From Felis catus (taxonomy: Eukaryota), in assembly GCF_018350175.1 (NCBI RefSeq), contig NC_058368.1:184204001-184268000 (forward strand): a DNA stretch of 64,000 nt, given 5' to 3'. This document shows positions 9,493 to 21,344 of the stretch, piece after piece. The stretch's first letter is position 1. Each line of letters begins with the position of its first letter. The notes beneath the pieces were generated by a model. The model was given only the letters and a program-made list of their open reading frames with translations. It was not told the origin of the DNA and did no database searches. The position numbers and the translations under genes are program-made.

Positions 9493-12400
9493 AAATGTGC
9501 ATATATAGGGACATACCCAGACACCCCACATTCTTCCCCAAGAGGACTATAAGAAATGAAAAAGGGTGTTTGGCCAAGTTCCTGTCATACAGTGGCAGAG
9601 AAGCTTGTGACCTAATATGAGCCCCCCAAGAGTCTTTGATCACCAGATGGTGGAGAGACCACCTTTCCTCTCTATGCTGCCTGCTTGGTCTCTGCACAGC
9701 AGCTGCCCAGAGCCTATAACAGCATGTGAGGCTGCACAAAGGATGGGACCTAGATAGTGATGCCAGTTTGCCATACTCTGGAGACAACTATCTCAATGTG
9801 ATCATTTTCATACACAAAGTATAGTTTCATATTCAGTGTGTGAGATGGTCCAAGTTTAAGAATACTTGCTGTATGAGATATCCAATGTATAGGAACAATT
9901 CCTTTTTACTACCATGAATGTATATTTTATTTTTATTTTATGTAAATCTTATCCAATTGCTAGGTATCATTTATATTTCTTATTTATATTTGGTACATTC
10001 CATTAGTGCTGTGTTTCACATACACATGGGTGTTATCTTTGAAGGATTATTATAAACCTTGGATGTCTGTTGATCACTAAAAATTGAATCAATTGATTCT
10101 TAACAGTAATCTTTTACCTCCCTGCAGCATTCTTTAATTAACACACGACAGGGTTTCAGAGCAAGAGTTCTGTTGTCACAGTATGCTTCTATAGGAACTG
10201 TAACAAATTAGGAAGCAAAGAATGGAATGAATTTAGCCTTTAAGATTCAGGTATTAATACGTTGAGTTGATGTGAGTGAAAGACAACTATAGTACAGTAA
10301 TTAGCGCAAGCCTTCTGTTTTGCATTTATCATCTTGAAGGATAGTAATAGAAAATAACAAGACATTACAGAAAATAGATGGGAAAAATGACGATTCAATT
10401 ACAGGAAAAAGTACTTTTTATTATGTGGATTGAGACTGTATAAAAAAGTCATTGGAATTTTTGTTTTCTTTTGTTGTAAAGAAAGAGAGCATAGAGGTGT
10501 TGATCCTGCCAAAACCTACTCATTTATTTAATGGTTGCCAAGTACAGTCCTTGATATTCTGCTAGAGATTTGACAGTTACAGTTTTGCCAAGGTTGTTTG
10601 GGAACACTTGATGTCTTTCCCATATGTTGTTAGAAGGCAACCCTAGAACACATGATATAAGAGCCAGGCTGGAAATGGAGCTCTTTGTGGAATCTGGTTT
10701 TTTCTTGAATTCTCACATAACAACCATTAATCTCTTGTCCCTTGTAGTTCTAAGAGTGATAGAGGGAATGGTACAAACTTAAGAGACCAGGATAACGTAT
10801 GCAGCCTGACTTAGAACCTACCCTGTTTCTAAACACAAGCAAACAACAAACATTAAAATATAGCTCTTGGAGAGGTCTAATGTTAAATAGTCTGAGTTCA
10901 TTTCCTGGATGATTTTTAGACCTATTGTTGACTCACCCCAAAACTGTCATAGTATAGTCTAGCCAACTACTGAGGGAGTAGGTCTAAACAGGATGAGGAA
11001 TTCTACCTTCTTCTCTTGTGGGTGATCTTTTCTGATCAGGGTGAAGTTGCTGGTGTTGGAGTGAGTGATTGCTGATATTCCCCTGTGCTTTGCCTGGCTT
11101 TGCTTACGGAAGCTTTTATTGTTATTAATATTTAACATTGACTGAAGGCCAACAGTGCTCTAGGTGATGAATACAACATTGAGCTAGCTCTGGTCTTTGT
11201 CCAACTGGATAATTTCCAATTACACAACTAGGAAATAAAACTTTCTCTATATAAATACAGGGATAAATAGGACAATGTGGGAAAAAAACAAGTAGTCATT
11301 TATATTCATTGACCTATGACAAATTCCAGATGAACTTTCACTGTACTTTAAGAAAAGCTGGTTAATTTTCTAATGAAAAGATTTAATATTTTCCAATTTT
11401 GGTTAGTCTTCTCAGCTGGTTGCACTTAAACATTTATTTTGGAGTTACTAAGAATAATATATTCTAAAGGTGGTATGAGCAAAATTACTGGAAGTTTAAT
11501 GAATTACTCAAGTTTAATTTATATGAATAATTATTGTTAGTTTCATGGATAAACTTTCAGACCATTATATTTTCAAAGTTTTTTTTATTAAAATTATTTA
11601 AATATATCAGTGTATCTTGTTAAAAATAAAAACTGAGCAAACAGAAGTCAGTATTAAGATGAAGCTATGCTGTTTTCTCTCAAATATTCTTCCTAGAGGC
11701 AGAAATTATTTTGCTGCTAACACTTTAAGGGATGTATGTTGGTTCATCTACTTTCCCTCTGTGTTCGAAAAAGAATTGATTTATATCCTGCCTTTTTCCA
11801 ATTTGCTCCTCTAATTGATATAGCACTGGATGAGAATAATCCATTAATAGCCATGAGTGAGGTTTTAAGAGAGTAGAGCTGCAGAAAGCATTAAACTAAC
11901 AAACAGAATGCAATGTGCTTTATTTATTTATAATTATCCTGAAAGAAGTAAGTTGGAAGCGTCATTATCAGATGATCTTTTATAGTATTAGGTTCCTGAT
12001 GCCTTGTGAGTCTCTCTGATGTTTTGCATTTTAGGATTTTCTTGGCAAACGTTTAGAAATTCCTTAGAGTGTCACATCTAAAACCCTATCTTTCTGATGA
12101 CTCTTTTCTTGTTTTTCTCCTTCTAAGTGCACTTGTCTTATTACCTCTCAATTGTGAGCCTCTAAGGAAAGAGACAATACCTTACTCATCTGGTTATCTT
12201 TGTGCCTAGAACTTACTGGGCATAAAGTAATATATTTTTTGAACTTACTTGATTTTCAGATTAAATTTTACATTGTGAGAATTCAACTTCAAAAAATCTA
12301 AATTTGATTTGGTTTGGAGATGATAAAGGATAGAATAATAAAGAAAATTAGAAAGTCATTTTGCCCAAGATTAAATAGAATTGTGTATAGAACACTTTCT

Positions 12401-12738
12401 CGTGAATTATGTAATCGCATGAAATAAACTTTTTTAATTATAATAGTGATCATTTATCTCAATTAAAAGTAACACTTAAAAAGGCAATACATGTTTACTA
12501 TGAGGTTATTATAGAAAACACTAAAGAGCAAAAGGTTAAAAATAATGTGCAATTTTCTTGCCCATAGAAAACTTGCATTTAACTTTGAACTTCTGTTCTT
12601 TTATCCAACTTGACATATGTCTACATTTTACTTTTATAAATAAGGGATCATAGTATGCATACATCCTGTCATACCTTTCTTACCTAACATTGTATTCATT
12701 TTTCATGCCATTAAGTATTTTTATGGTAATATTGTTGT

Positions 12739-12741
<3 letters not shown>

Positions 12742-12816
<75 letters not shown>
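12742..12816. repeat. (TA)n microsatellite at a SINE tail
   Basis: TA run with two interruptions (C12780, G12791). Confidence 0.97.
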
Positions 12817-12819
<3 letters not shown>

Positions 12820-12822
<3 letters not shown>

Positions 12823-13032
12823 ATTTATTTATTTTTAGAGAGAAAAAGAGAGAGAAGGAGGGAGAGAGTGCAAGCAGTGGAGGGGCAGAGAGAGAGGGAG
12901 AGAGAGAATCCCAGAGGATATCTCTGATAGTGCAGCGCCTGACCTGGGGCTCAATCTCATGAACCATGAGATCATAACCTGAGCTGAAATCAAGAGTCAG
13001 AAGCTTAACTGACTGAGACACCCAGGTGCCTC
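12820..13032 (-). mobile_element. SINEC
   Basis: GAGAGAATCCC...GAGATCATAACCTGAGCTGAAATCAAGAGTCAGAAGCTTAACTGACTGAGACACCCAGGTGCCTC. Confidence 0.93.
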
Positions 13033-13091
13033 TGTTTTAATATTTAACATGATTTTATCAAACCATTTTTCCATTACTTGTCATTTATATA

Positions 13092-13431
13092 CAGTGGACT
13101 GACTCTTGAACAACATTAGTTTGAACTGCAAGGGTCCATTTTTACACAATTTTTTTTCAATAAATACAGTAATAAAAATGTATTTTCTCTTCCTTATGAT
13201 TTTCTTAATAACATTTTTTTCTCTAGTTTACTTTATTATAAAAATATAGTATATAATACATATAATATACAAATGTGTGTTAATCCACTGTTCATGTTAT
13301 CATAAGTCTTCTGATTAACATTAGGCTATTTATTGGTAGTTAAGTTTTGGAGAAGTCAAAATTTATATACTGATTTTTGACTGCACAGGGGTCAGTGCTC
13401 CTAGCTCCTGTGTTGTTCAAGGAGGAAACTG
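13092..13431 (+). mobile_element. Tigger2a-like (MER28) DNA transposon
   Basis: TA|CAGTGGACTGACTCTTGAACAACA...TTTGAACTGC...TGTTGTTCAAGGAGGAAACTG|TA; decayed TIRs, TA on both sides. Confidence 0.85.
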
Positions 13432-14664
13432 TAATTTTTAATTGTCCTTTATCACAAACAATTAATGATTAACATCTTTACAACTAGATCTTTGTGTGTA
13501 CCCTAAACTAACAAAATATTTTAAGAAGTATGTGCAAATACATATGTTTGTCACAATTACTAGTGAGTCATAAAATTAAAAATATTCATCTTAAGTAATT
13601 ATTGTATTTTTAAACAGCAGTTCATAGTTATAAATGAGAAAGTATTATTTACTTAAAAAAACCATGCAGGACTGACTAATTTAATTTTGCAAATTAATTT
13701 CCTCACCACAGCATCTCAGTTTCCAACTTTTATCTTAAATATTTGATTTCCTCAAACACTGACCCATTGGCTGCCAGGTGTCAGGGGATTTCTCGGAATA
13801 TAAGACGAAAATTATGAAGTTTCTGTGTTTAAACTACTCAGTTTCATGGAAACAGATTTCTTTTACAGAAATGAGTTAGGGTTGCAGAGACAAAGCACAG
13901 ACAAGGATTAACTTTGCATTAGTCCTTAAAAGTCCACATCAAAACCAACTGATACTAAGTGGATAAATAAACTACTAATAAGTGATAAACAATAAACTAA
14001 TAGATGAAAAAAGGACTAAGCTCATGATATGTGCTAAAGTTTATTTAGATATTTGATGATATCTATATTACCTATCATTGATTATCACTATTGTAGACAC
14101 TAATATCTTCATGAAGCTTACTTTCTATCATCTTAGGTTAAATAGCAGTAAATCCATAGTAGTGTATATTGGCATTCTCTATAAAGAGGTAATGAAAAGA
14201 TTATGAAGGAATAGAGATTGGAATTACCAATATTGTTACAAAGTAAAAACATAATTTACTATTATTAAACTAAGAAATAACGGTTGATAGAACTCTTAAA
14301 TATAGCCCAATTTATGTACTTAAAAATTTTTTTTAGTTGAATTCCCTTCTATGTTCTGGTATTTAGTATATCTAAACAACCACAATGATGCATTCATAAC
14401 TGGTGAAATAAATATTGTCACAATTACACAATCATTTTGGATCATGCTTAATTTTTTTTCTTTGGCATATGTTGATGTATGATATGATAACACTTAATGA
14501 CATATAGACTTTGTCATTGCTGATTTATCTGTAGTTTCATAATTTAGTGCCATATATTTTAAAGTTCTTCAAAAAAGTTCTCGATAATTTACTTGTTAAA
14601 AAAATTCAAGTTTAGTCCCCATAATAAGGATTATTTGAAATTTAGAGACATTTTGATGTTCTAT

Positions 14665-14866
14665 TTCTTTTTTTTTTTCAAATTTTTATTTAAATTCTAG
14701 TTAGTTACAATACAGTACAATATTGGTTTCAGGAGTAGAATTCAGTGATTCATCCCTTACATACAACACCTACTACTCATCTCAACAAGTGCCCTCCTTA
14801 ATACCCATCACCCATCTAGCCTGTCTCCCACTCACCTCCCCTCATCAACCCTGTTTGTTCTCTATC
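14665..14866 (-). mobile_element. 5'-truncated carnivore L1 (3' UTR only)
   Basis: polyT then TATTGGTTTCAGGAGTAGAATTCAGTGATTCATC...; TSD TTTGATGTTCTAT at 14652-14664 and 14870-14882. Confidence 0.9.
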
Positions 14867-15799
14867 CAATTTGATGTTCTATATCCCAAGAATCTGCACT
14901 ATATTCACTATCATAATGACTTCTTCCAATCAATGTAGGGATGAACAATGTAATTACTTTGATTCAAAGTGACAAATTGCAAAGGTAGAATAGTCTGGCA
15001 AACATTGTTCATGTGCTGTTGGTTGTCAAAGGGAAAAGTCAGAGGGAAAGAGAAAACCAGCCATCAGCTCCTCTCCCTACAACTAATCAGCCATCCCAGG
15101 TGGTTTTGTGTCCTCCTCACTTGTCTAGTAACTACTGCTTGTATTCATGCCATGTAAATTCAGTTCATCCATTATTTCCAGGATGTACAATATACCAGTA
15201 AATCCTTAGCAAGGAAACAGAAGAACTAGTCTTACAGTGAGTGCTCTGGCATTTGTAAGGAGTTTGTATCCTGGAGTTTAGGTCAATGAGTTTGATTTCC
15301 TAATTCTGTATATTCAAGGGCTTTCTGGAGAATGGTTAGAACCTCTATTGACAGAATTATAGGCTATGTGGTCATGACTAAATTATGAATATCTCAATTC
15401 TTCTGTTTTTTTGGAAATTGAAAGAAGAAAATATAGATTAAAAATACACAAACACTTACTTAAAGCTAATGTGTTCCTTTTGAGTATTATATGAATTTGT
15501 TTTCTATGAGTAAATAAAATAAATCTGTACTTTTTTTTTCAAGACTGGTTTATCCTGAGGTCTATTTCCCTGAAAAACAAAGGAAGCCTAACAGATCATA
15601 CCAAACTGAAATTATCCTAAAAGCTTATTGAGTAAATAATGCCTACCCTTGATAATTTAAAATATTCATTAAATTAATTTAGAACTAAAAATGTTTCTAC
15701 ATTTTAAGATTATTGTTTTATTTCCTCTATGTGTGTGTTCAATGATAGTGAGCAATATTTTTTCTTCCTGTACCAAACAATAAGCATCATTAACATAAT

Positions 15800-17165
15800 C
15801 ACCAAATATTCTCTGTGCTCACTAGACTTAGGGCATTGGCTGGATGTTGAAGAGAAAATGGCAGGGGGTCTGACAATTATTTTATTTTATTTTTAAGAGA
15901 GAGAATGCATGTTCATGTGTGAGCGGAGGAGGAGTAGAGGGAGTGAGAGAGAATCCCAAGCAGCCTGCATGCTCAGTCCCAGAGCCCTGATGCGGAGCTT
16001 GATCCCACAACCCTGAGATGATGACCTGAGCTGAAATCAGGAGTCGAGTGTTCAACTGACTTTTTAAAGTTTAAAGAAGTGAAAGGCCAATGTCCCATCC
16101 ATAGGGTCTTACAATCTAATTTGAAAGAAATGAGTTGAACAGCACAAAGACATGTAACAGTATATGGTAGTTTCATGGAGTCTCAAATGCTGTCCATGAT
16201 ACATTCAATAAATACTGAGAAAGGAACAGTTATAAGGAACTGTATTCAGAAATTTCTTTTAGGAGTCTCTGAGAAGGAATATTATGAGAAAATTTAAAGA
16301 AAAATACTTTCAATTAGATGTCAAGGGAAAGATTTGTAAAAGGGTAGGCATAAAGCAAAGATAAAAATGTAAACCCTCCATGAGAGAAGAACTTCTGAGG
16401 AAGAAATTATTGTGTTTGAAATGATGTTTTGGAAATATTGGATTACTTTATTAACAGCAAGTGAAATAAATTATGGGGAGGAGGCTATAGTGATGTCCAT
16501 AGACAGGGGTCACTAGTTAGGAGAATGACGCACTTGATCAGGTGGGAAATAATTAGATCACCACACAGAAGTAGCAATGGGAACAGGAATGGCTGGCTTG
16601 ATGTGGTAGCTATGGTGAGTGGACATAGGAGAATCTAATTGACAGAGATAGTTCCATCCGAGGAGTAAAGGAAATCCTTTTATTTTTAAGGTCAGTTTTT
16701 ATATTTTGATAGAAATGTTAGATTTGAGACACTACAAAGATCTTGAAGGTGAAGGTGATAAAGCTTGGAGCTGTACTGTAGATTTTAATGATGATCAACT
16801 AAAAATATGTGAATAGGTTCAGGTTGAATTGATTCAGTATCCAGGGTTATTTGTATAATTATAGGTTTGAATGTCAAATATTTAGATATTTAAATGTTTA
16901 GATATTTACATAAACAGTTTTTGTCAGTGTCTATATGTGTTTCCAGTATCTCAAGAAGGACATGACATGAACAACAGAGATAGGGAGTTCCCTGTATTGA
17001 GCCAAACAGTAAAGTTGCTGAACTTTGTACATAGACTGAAAACATATCAGGGCAGGATCAGGAAATACCACTAGGAAAAGAGACAGGTTTACAGAATAGA
17101 AGAAAGAAGATAGTGTGGTTCAATAAAAGCTAAGAGTGAAGGGAATTTCATAAAAGAATTGATTT
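15800..17165 (-). mobile_element. Decayed L2 remnant, interrupted by a SINE
   Basis: CAAATATT...GTGCTCACTA...CTTACAATCTA and later purine-rich GAG/GAA blocks typical of antisense L2; boundaries vague. Confidence 0.4.
15877..16061 (-). mobile_element. SINEC lacking its 5'-most ~20 nt
   Basis: GAGAGAATCCCAAGCAG...GAGATGATGACCTGAGCTGAAATCAGGAGTCG...CAACTGACT then stops. Confidence 0.9.
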
Positions 17166-17191
17166 AGCCCACAATTAAAAATGATAACTAT

Positions 17192-17300
17192 GGGGCACCT
17201 GGGTGGTTCAGTTGGTTAAGCCTCTGACTTTGGCTTAGGTCATGATCTTTTGGTCCATGAGTTTGAGCCCCATGTCAGGCCAAGTCCTTTGTAGGGCACA
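17192..17300 (+). mobile_element. SINEC, 5' half only
   Basis: GGGGCACCTGGGTGGTTCAGTTGGTTAAG...GAGCCCCATGTCAGGC then abrupt loss of similarity. Confidence 0.9.
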
Positions 17301-17724
17301 AAACCAGGCAGGCTCTCCCTAAAGAATATTCTTAGTGTTTTATTCACTGCTTCATAGTTAACTTAGGATATCGAACTACAGCCCATAACAAAGATTAGGA
17401 AAGCTTTTGGTTATTAATAATCTTATTACCCTAACCAAGAAAATAAAAATTTCAAAAGCCAGTTGAGCAAGAGTGACGTGAGTAAAATTGTCAATCCATA
17501 ATATAGAAAAAAGCATATTACTAAAAAAATTCTGGTAGTTTAGCTATTCAGTCATTTATTTGGAAAAAACTGTAATTGATTTTCCTAAGTAGATTAAATC
17601 CCTCTCTTGTATGTGCTCTCCTAAGATGACCATTGTCATTTCAAAGCAATAATCACTGTTTATTTTTGAAAAAAAACTATTTTAGACTATTATTTGAATA
17701 AGGATTTTCCCCAAAATGAATTTT

Positions 17725-18080
17725 AAGTACCATGAAAGCAAGATGCTTTTATGTCTGGTTTTGCTCACCATTATAACCTAACACCTAGCACTGTGGCCAG
17801 CACAAAGCATATTAATCTCAGCACTGTTGACATTTCAAACTTGATATTATTTCGAACACCAATATCAAACCATGATCCCTTGATAATCTTTCTTGGGGGT
17901 GGGGATGGGAAACTTCCACAACATTCTTGGCCTCTAACCACCAGGGTTGTAATGGGTACAGAAATGTGAAAATAAACAAGTGAAAGCACTGCGAAATGTC
18001 CTGTGGAGGGAGCACCAAATCCTCCTTCATGAGAGTCCCAGGGCTAGCACACAATAGGTGGTCATAACTATTTGTTAAAG
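17725..18080 (+). mobile_element. L2 3' terminus split by MER20
   Basis: TAAGTACCATGAAAGCAAG...TTGCTCACCA...CCTAGCACTGTG...[insert]...GCACACAATAGGTG...TATTTGTT. Confidence 0.6.
17805..18042 (-). mobile_element. MER20 (hAT-Charlie) remnant
   Basis: CTCAGCACTGTTGACATTT, TGGCCTCTAACCAC, GCGAAATGTCCTGTGGAGGG collinear with the MER20 reverse complement. Confidence 0.65.
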
Positions 18081-18741
18081 GGATTAAAGCAAATTATCAC
18101 CACTTCAGTACTAAGCAAAACCTACACTGAAAACCAAAATCCTTCAGAAGGACCTTAGATGACAGCCATCGTCACTACTTCTACTGTCCCTTAGAGCATC
18201 CTGACTCCCTTTAAAATGACACTGGGAGAGTTTGAGAGATGCTCTACTACCTCTGTAAAATGAAAATTCAAGTTCCTCAATTTAGCTTTAATCTTAGTTG
18301 GCCTTGCCTATATAAAATTTTGCCTTTGCTACCTACAGAGGATTAAGTAATCTTGAGAAATGTAGTTAAGGAGATAGTTGACTGAATTTGGTTAAAAAGC
18401 AGGATGTAGAGGAATTTCTCTACAACCTGAGCTGTAATTTTAGTGATGGAATCAATCTGACCCTGGAAGTACTCTCATTCATTATTTATAGGAGTAAAAC
18501 TCCCTTCTGAGCAAGAGAAAATTAAGATAAAGCATGTCTTGTTTGGCTATTCCTTTAAGAATTTATTTCTTTAAAATTGCACCTGTTACTTGGCTACAAA
18601 CTTTTAGTTAGGCAGAGCATCACTTATTCATTTGTTTATTTAACACACGGACTACAGTCATCCATAACGACTATGTGCAGCATGTGGGGACATTTGCCAC
18701 CTCAGTTCCTTCTCCCAGTAAATTCTGTTAGTCATTCTTTT

Positions 18742-18949
18742 TATTTTTTATTAGTTTTAAAAGTTTATTTGTTTTGAGAGAGAGAGAGCACAAGCAGGGG
18801 AGGGGCAGAGAGAGAGAGAGAATACCAAGCAAGCTCTGCACCATCAGCACAGAGCCCAATGTGGGGCTTGAACCCACAAACCACAGGATCATGACCTGTG
18901 AGCCAAAATCAAGTCAGACACTTAACTAACTGAGCCACCCAGACACCTC
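18742..18949 (-). mobile_element. SINEC
   Basis: Antisense SINEC; TSD AGTCATTCTTTT at 18730-18741 and 18950-18961. Confidence 0.95.
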
Positions 18950-19099
18950 AGTCATTCTTTTGAAAGTATCATCTCTTATAGGTCATGGTGGGGAAACATA
19001 ATAATGTTATCAATAATAATATTATTTGTTAAGCCCCACTTCTTGCAAGTGGCTGTGCTATGGCAAATGTCAAGTACTAGTTGATAAGAAATTAACATG

Positions 19100-19325
19100 G
19101 ATAATATTAGCTCACATTTGTACCTAATTATACATTTTTCAAAGCTGCTTTTCTAATCTTCTTTGCCTTCACAATAATCCTCTGACTTAGCTATGGCAGG
19201 TGTTGCTAACTGCATTTTACAAATAAATAAACAGATAGGAGCACTTTAATGTACTCAGACCTCTTTAACACACGAGGAGCTTCATGACTGTAAACTTGGT
19301 TTTTCAGATTAGATTCTTTGTCCTG
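19100..19325 (-). mobile_element. MIR remnant
   Basis: AGCTCACATTT...TCACAATAATCCT...CATTTTACAAATAAATAAACAGA core. Confidence 0.6.
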
Positions 19326-19756
19326 TAATTAAATTTAGCATGTCTCATAGGAATCAAAATCTAATTGACTTTCAGAGATGTTTAGATGTTTTATCTTATT
19401 TTTATGTATCAGTGAAAACCTAGGGGAAAGAATAGACTTACTAGCAATAGTCTCTACTTGGTATCTTTCTGCCCCAAAAACAGATGTGTACCAAAATCCG
19501 ACTTTAAGTCAGAGTTTCAACAAACCTGTAGAGAACTACCATGTGCACAAATTGTGCTTTTTCTTTTTCTTCCCAATCTTACTTTGATGCATATTTCATA
19601 CTCTGATGTATAGGAATTTGAGTAATATTAAATTATTAGTAAGATGGGTTTCTTTAGGAAATTCTAAAATAGACATGCTTAATTTAAAATAGGTGCCAAA
19701 AGATACACTTTATCCTAAAACTGAATAGAGGCAGCTCAAATCCTTTGCATATTAAT

Positions 19757-19941
19757 TTTCTTTTTTTTACTTTATTTGAGAGAGAGCAAGTGAGTGTGAG
19801 CAGAGGAGGGACACAGAGAGAGGGAGAGAGAGAATCCCCAACAGGCTCCTCACCATCAGGCTCAATCTCAGGAATCTTGAGATCATGACCTGAGCAGAAA
19901 CCAAAAGTCAGACACTTAACAGACTGACCCACCCAGGCTCA
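19757..19941 (-). mobile_element. SINEC
   Basis: GAGAGAATCCC...GAGATCATGACCTGAGCAGAAACCAAAAGTCAGACACTTAAC...ACCCAGGC; TTGCATATT on both flanks. Confidence 0.92.
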
Positions 19942-20023
19942 TATATTGCATATTTTAACTGCATTTACCCTTATGAAATAAAGAGTAGTTCTAGAGTTTC
20001 TTGAGCTGTAATCTAGAATGCTC

Positions 20024-20488
20024 TGTAGTAGTCCCAGGCCTGTTTGCCCTCAGAACCAGTCTTTGTCCTTCTCCTACTCTTCTCCCTATGGCAGTGGGGC
20101 TAATCCCTGCACCTTGCATTTCCCAGCCTCCTCTACCAATTCCCTCCATCAGGATTTGGCCAGTGGGAGACACTGGTAGCAGACTGAAGAGATGGAGAAA
20201 GAGAGAAACCTGGATATGGATCCTCCTCTCTCTCTCTGTTTTGGGAAGCCTCAGTAGCCACTGAAGGGGCCACTTTTAGGTTCCAGTTACACTATACCCT
20301 CTCTTCCACCTTCCAGCCCTGGGATGACTGGGCCCCTGCTGTTGATGAACATGACTGATTATCCAATCATTCCCTGTTTGGCTTCTCAGCCATTCCATAC
20401 ATGGATAACAAATTCCCACCATTAAATTTGGTCTCTTCTCAAAATGGAGAATGGTTTCTGTTTTATCGTTTGGACTTTGACTGCTATA
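20024..20488 (+). mobile_element. LTR33-family (ERVL) solo LTR
   Basis: TGCATTTCCCAGCCTC...GGCCAGTGGGAGACACTGG...GAGAAACC...TCCCTGTTTGGCTTCTCAGC...ATTAAAT...TGGTTTCTGTTTT. Confidence 0.7.
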
Positions 20489-21344
20489 TGGTTTTTACTG
20501 CTTTGGTTTCCTTTGGGAAGACAGCAGGGGTAATGATGACTTTCAGAAGCTTTTTAGCCTGCAACTTTTCTGAGTTGGCAAGGTTAATTTTAGTTGTGGC
20601 CAGGTCAACATTAGCCAGAGGACCATCTTAAAGGCAGAAGGATTATCGGAACTGGAATGAAAGATATTGCAAAGGTGGTGGAAACTCCAACACTAAGAAA
20701 GAGCATTTAAGTCCTGTAAATAGTAGCCTCTGCTGTGTCTGCCTTAAGTTTGTTCTTTTTACTTCTAATAAGGAAAAAAGGTTGATAAAGAAGAACCATT
20801 TACAACAACAAATATAAACATTTTTAAAAATTAAAACACAATTGTGGTATCTGCTACAATTAAAGAAAAAAATCCATAAAGGAGAAAATGCAATTTATCT
20901 GAATGTAATTGCTAAAAGCGGTTGAATATTGCCCTATGCATCACGGGAGATAACAGTGTATTTCCCTCAAGGAATGACCTGCAAGATGTGGAGAAGCAAC
21001 CTGAGATTCCAGGTTGAAGAGCCCTCAGGCTGATGTCTTGGGCAGGAAGTTGGCTCCTCCATGCCTATAGTGTGGCAAGTTTCAAGCAAATATTTGTTGT
21101 GTTTCCAAAGTGACAGAAACAAACGGAGGACAAATCTGTCCTAAGTGTAGAATTCAACTCTGTTCTGTAGGCTGCTATCAATTCTCAAACTTCCCAAACT
21201 GAACCCTACCTTCCTAATTAAACTTCTAACTGTCCATCTTCTCTAACCTCCCCTCCCTAAACTTGACTAAAATATAAAAGAATTAAGACCAGTGCTCACA
21301 GATCTTCAAAGCACATAATCACATTGTAGGAATAGCCTTCCTCT

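Larger units (their letters stand above)
12400..13510 (-). mobile_element. Highly decayed L1ME-like 3' fragment split by a SINE and a Tigger2a
   Basis: GGGATCATAGTATGCATA...TTTTCATGCCATTAAGTATT before and AACATCTTT...ATCTTTGTG after the insertions resemble antisense L1ME 3' UTR. Confidence 0.4.

Noticed and set aside
9398..9787. 129-aa minus-strand ORF
   Set aside because: Partly within an L2 remnant, non-ATG start, no recognisable protein similarity
10128..10250. Exon-like segment (CCCTGCAG ... CAG|GTATTA)
   Set aside because: Stops in all three frames and a weak donor; no support for a coding exon
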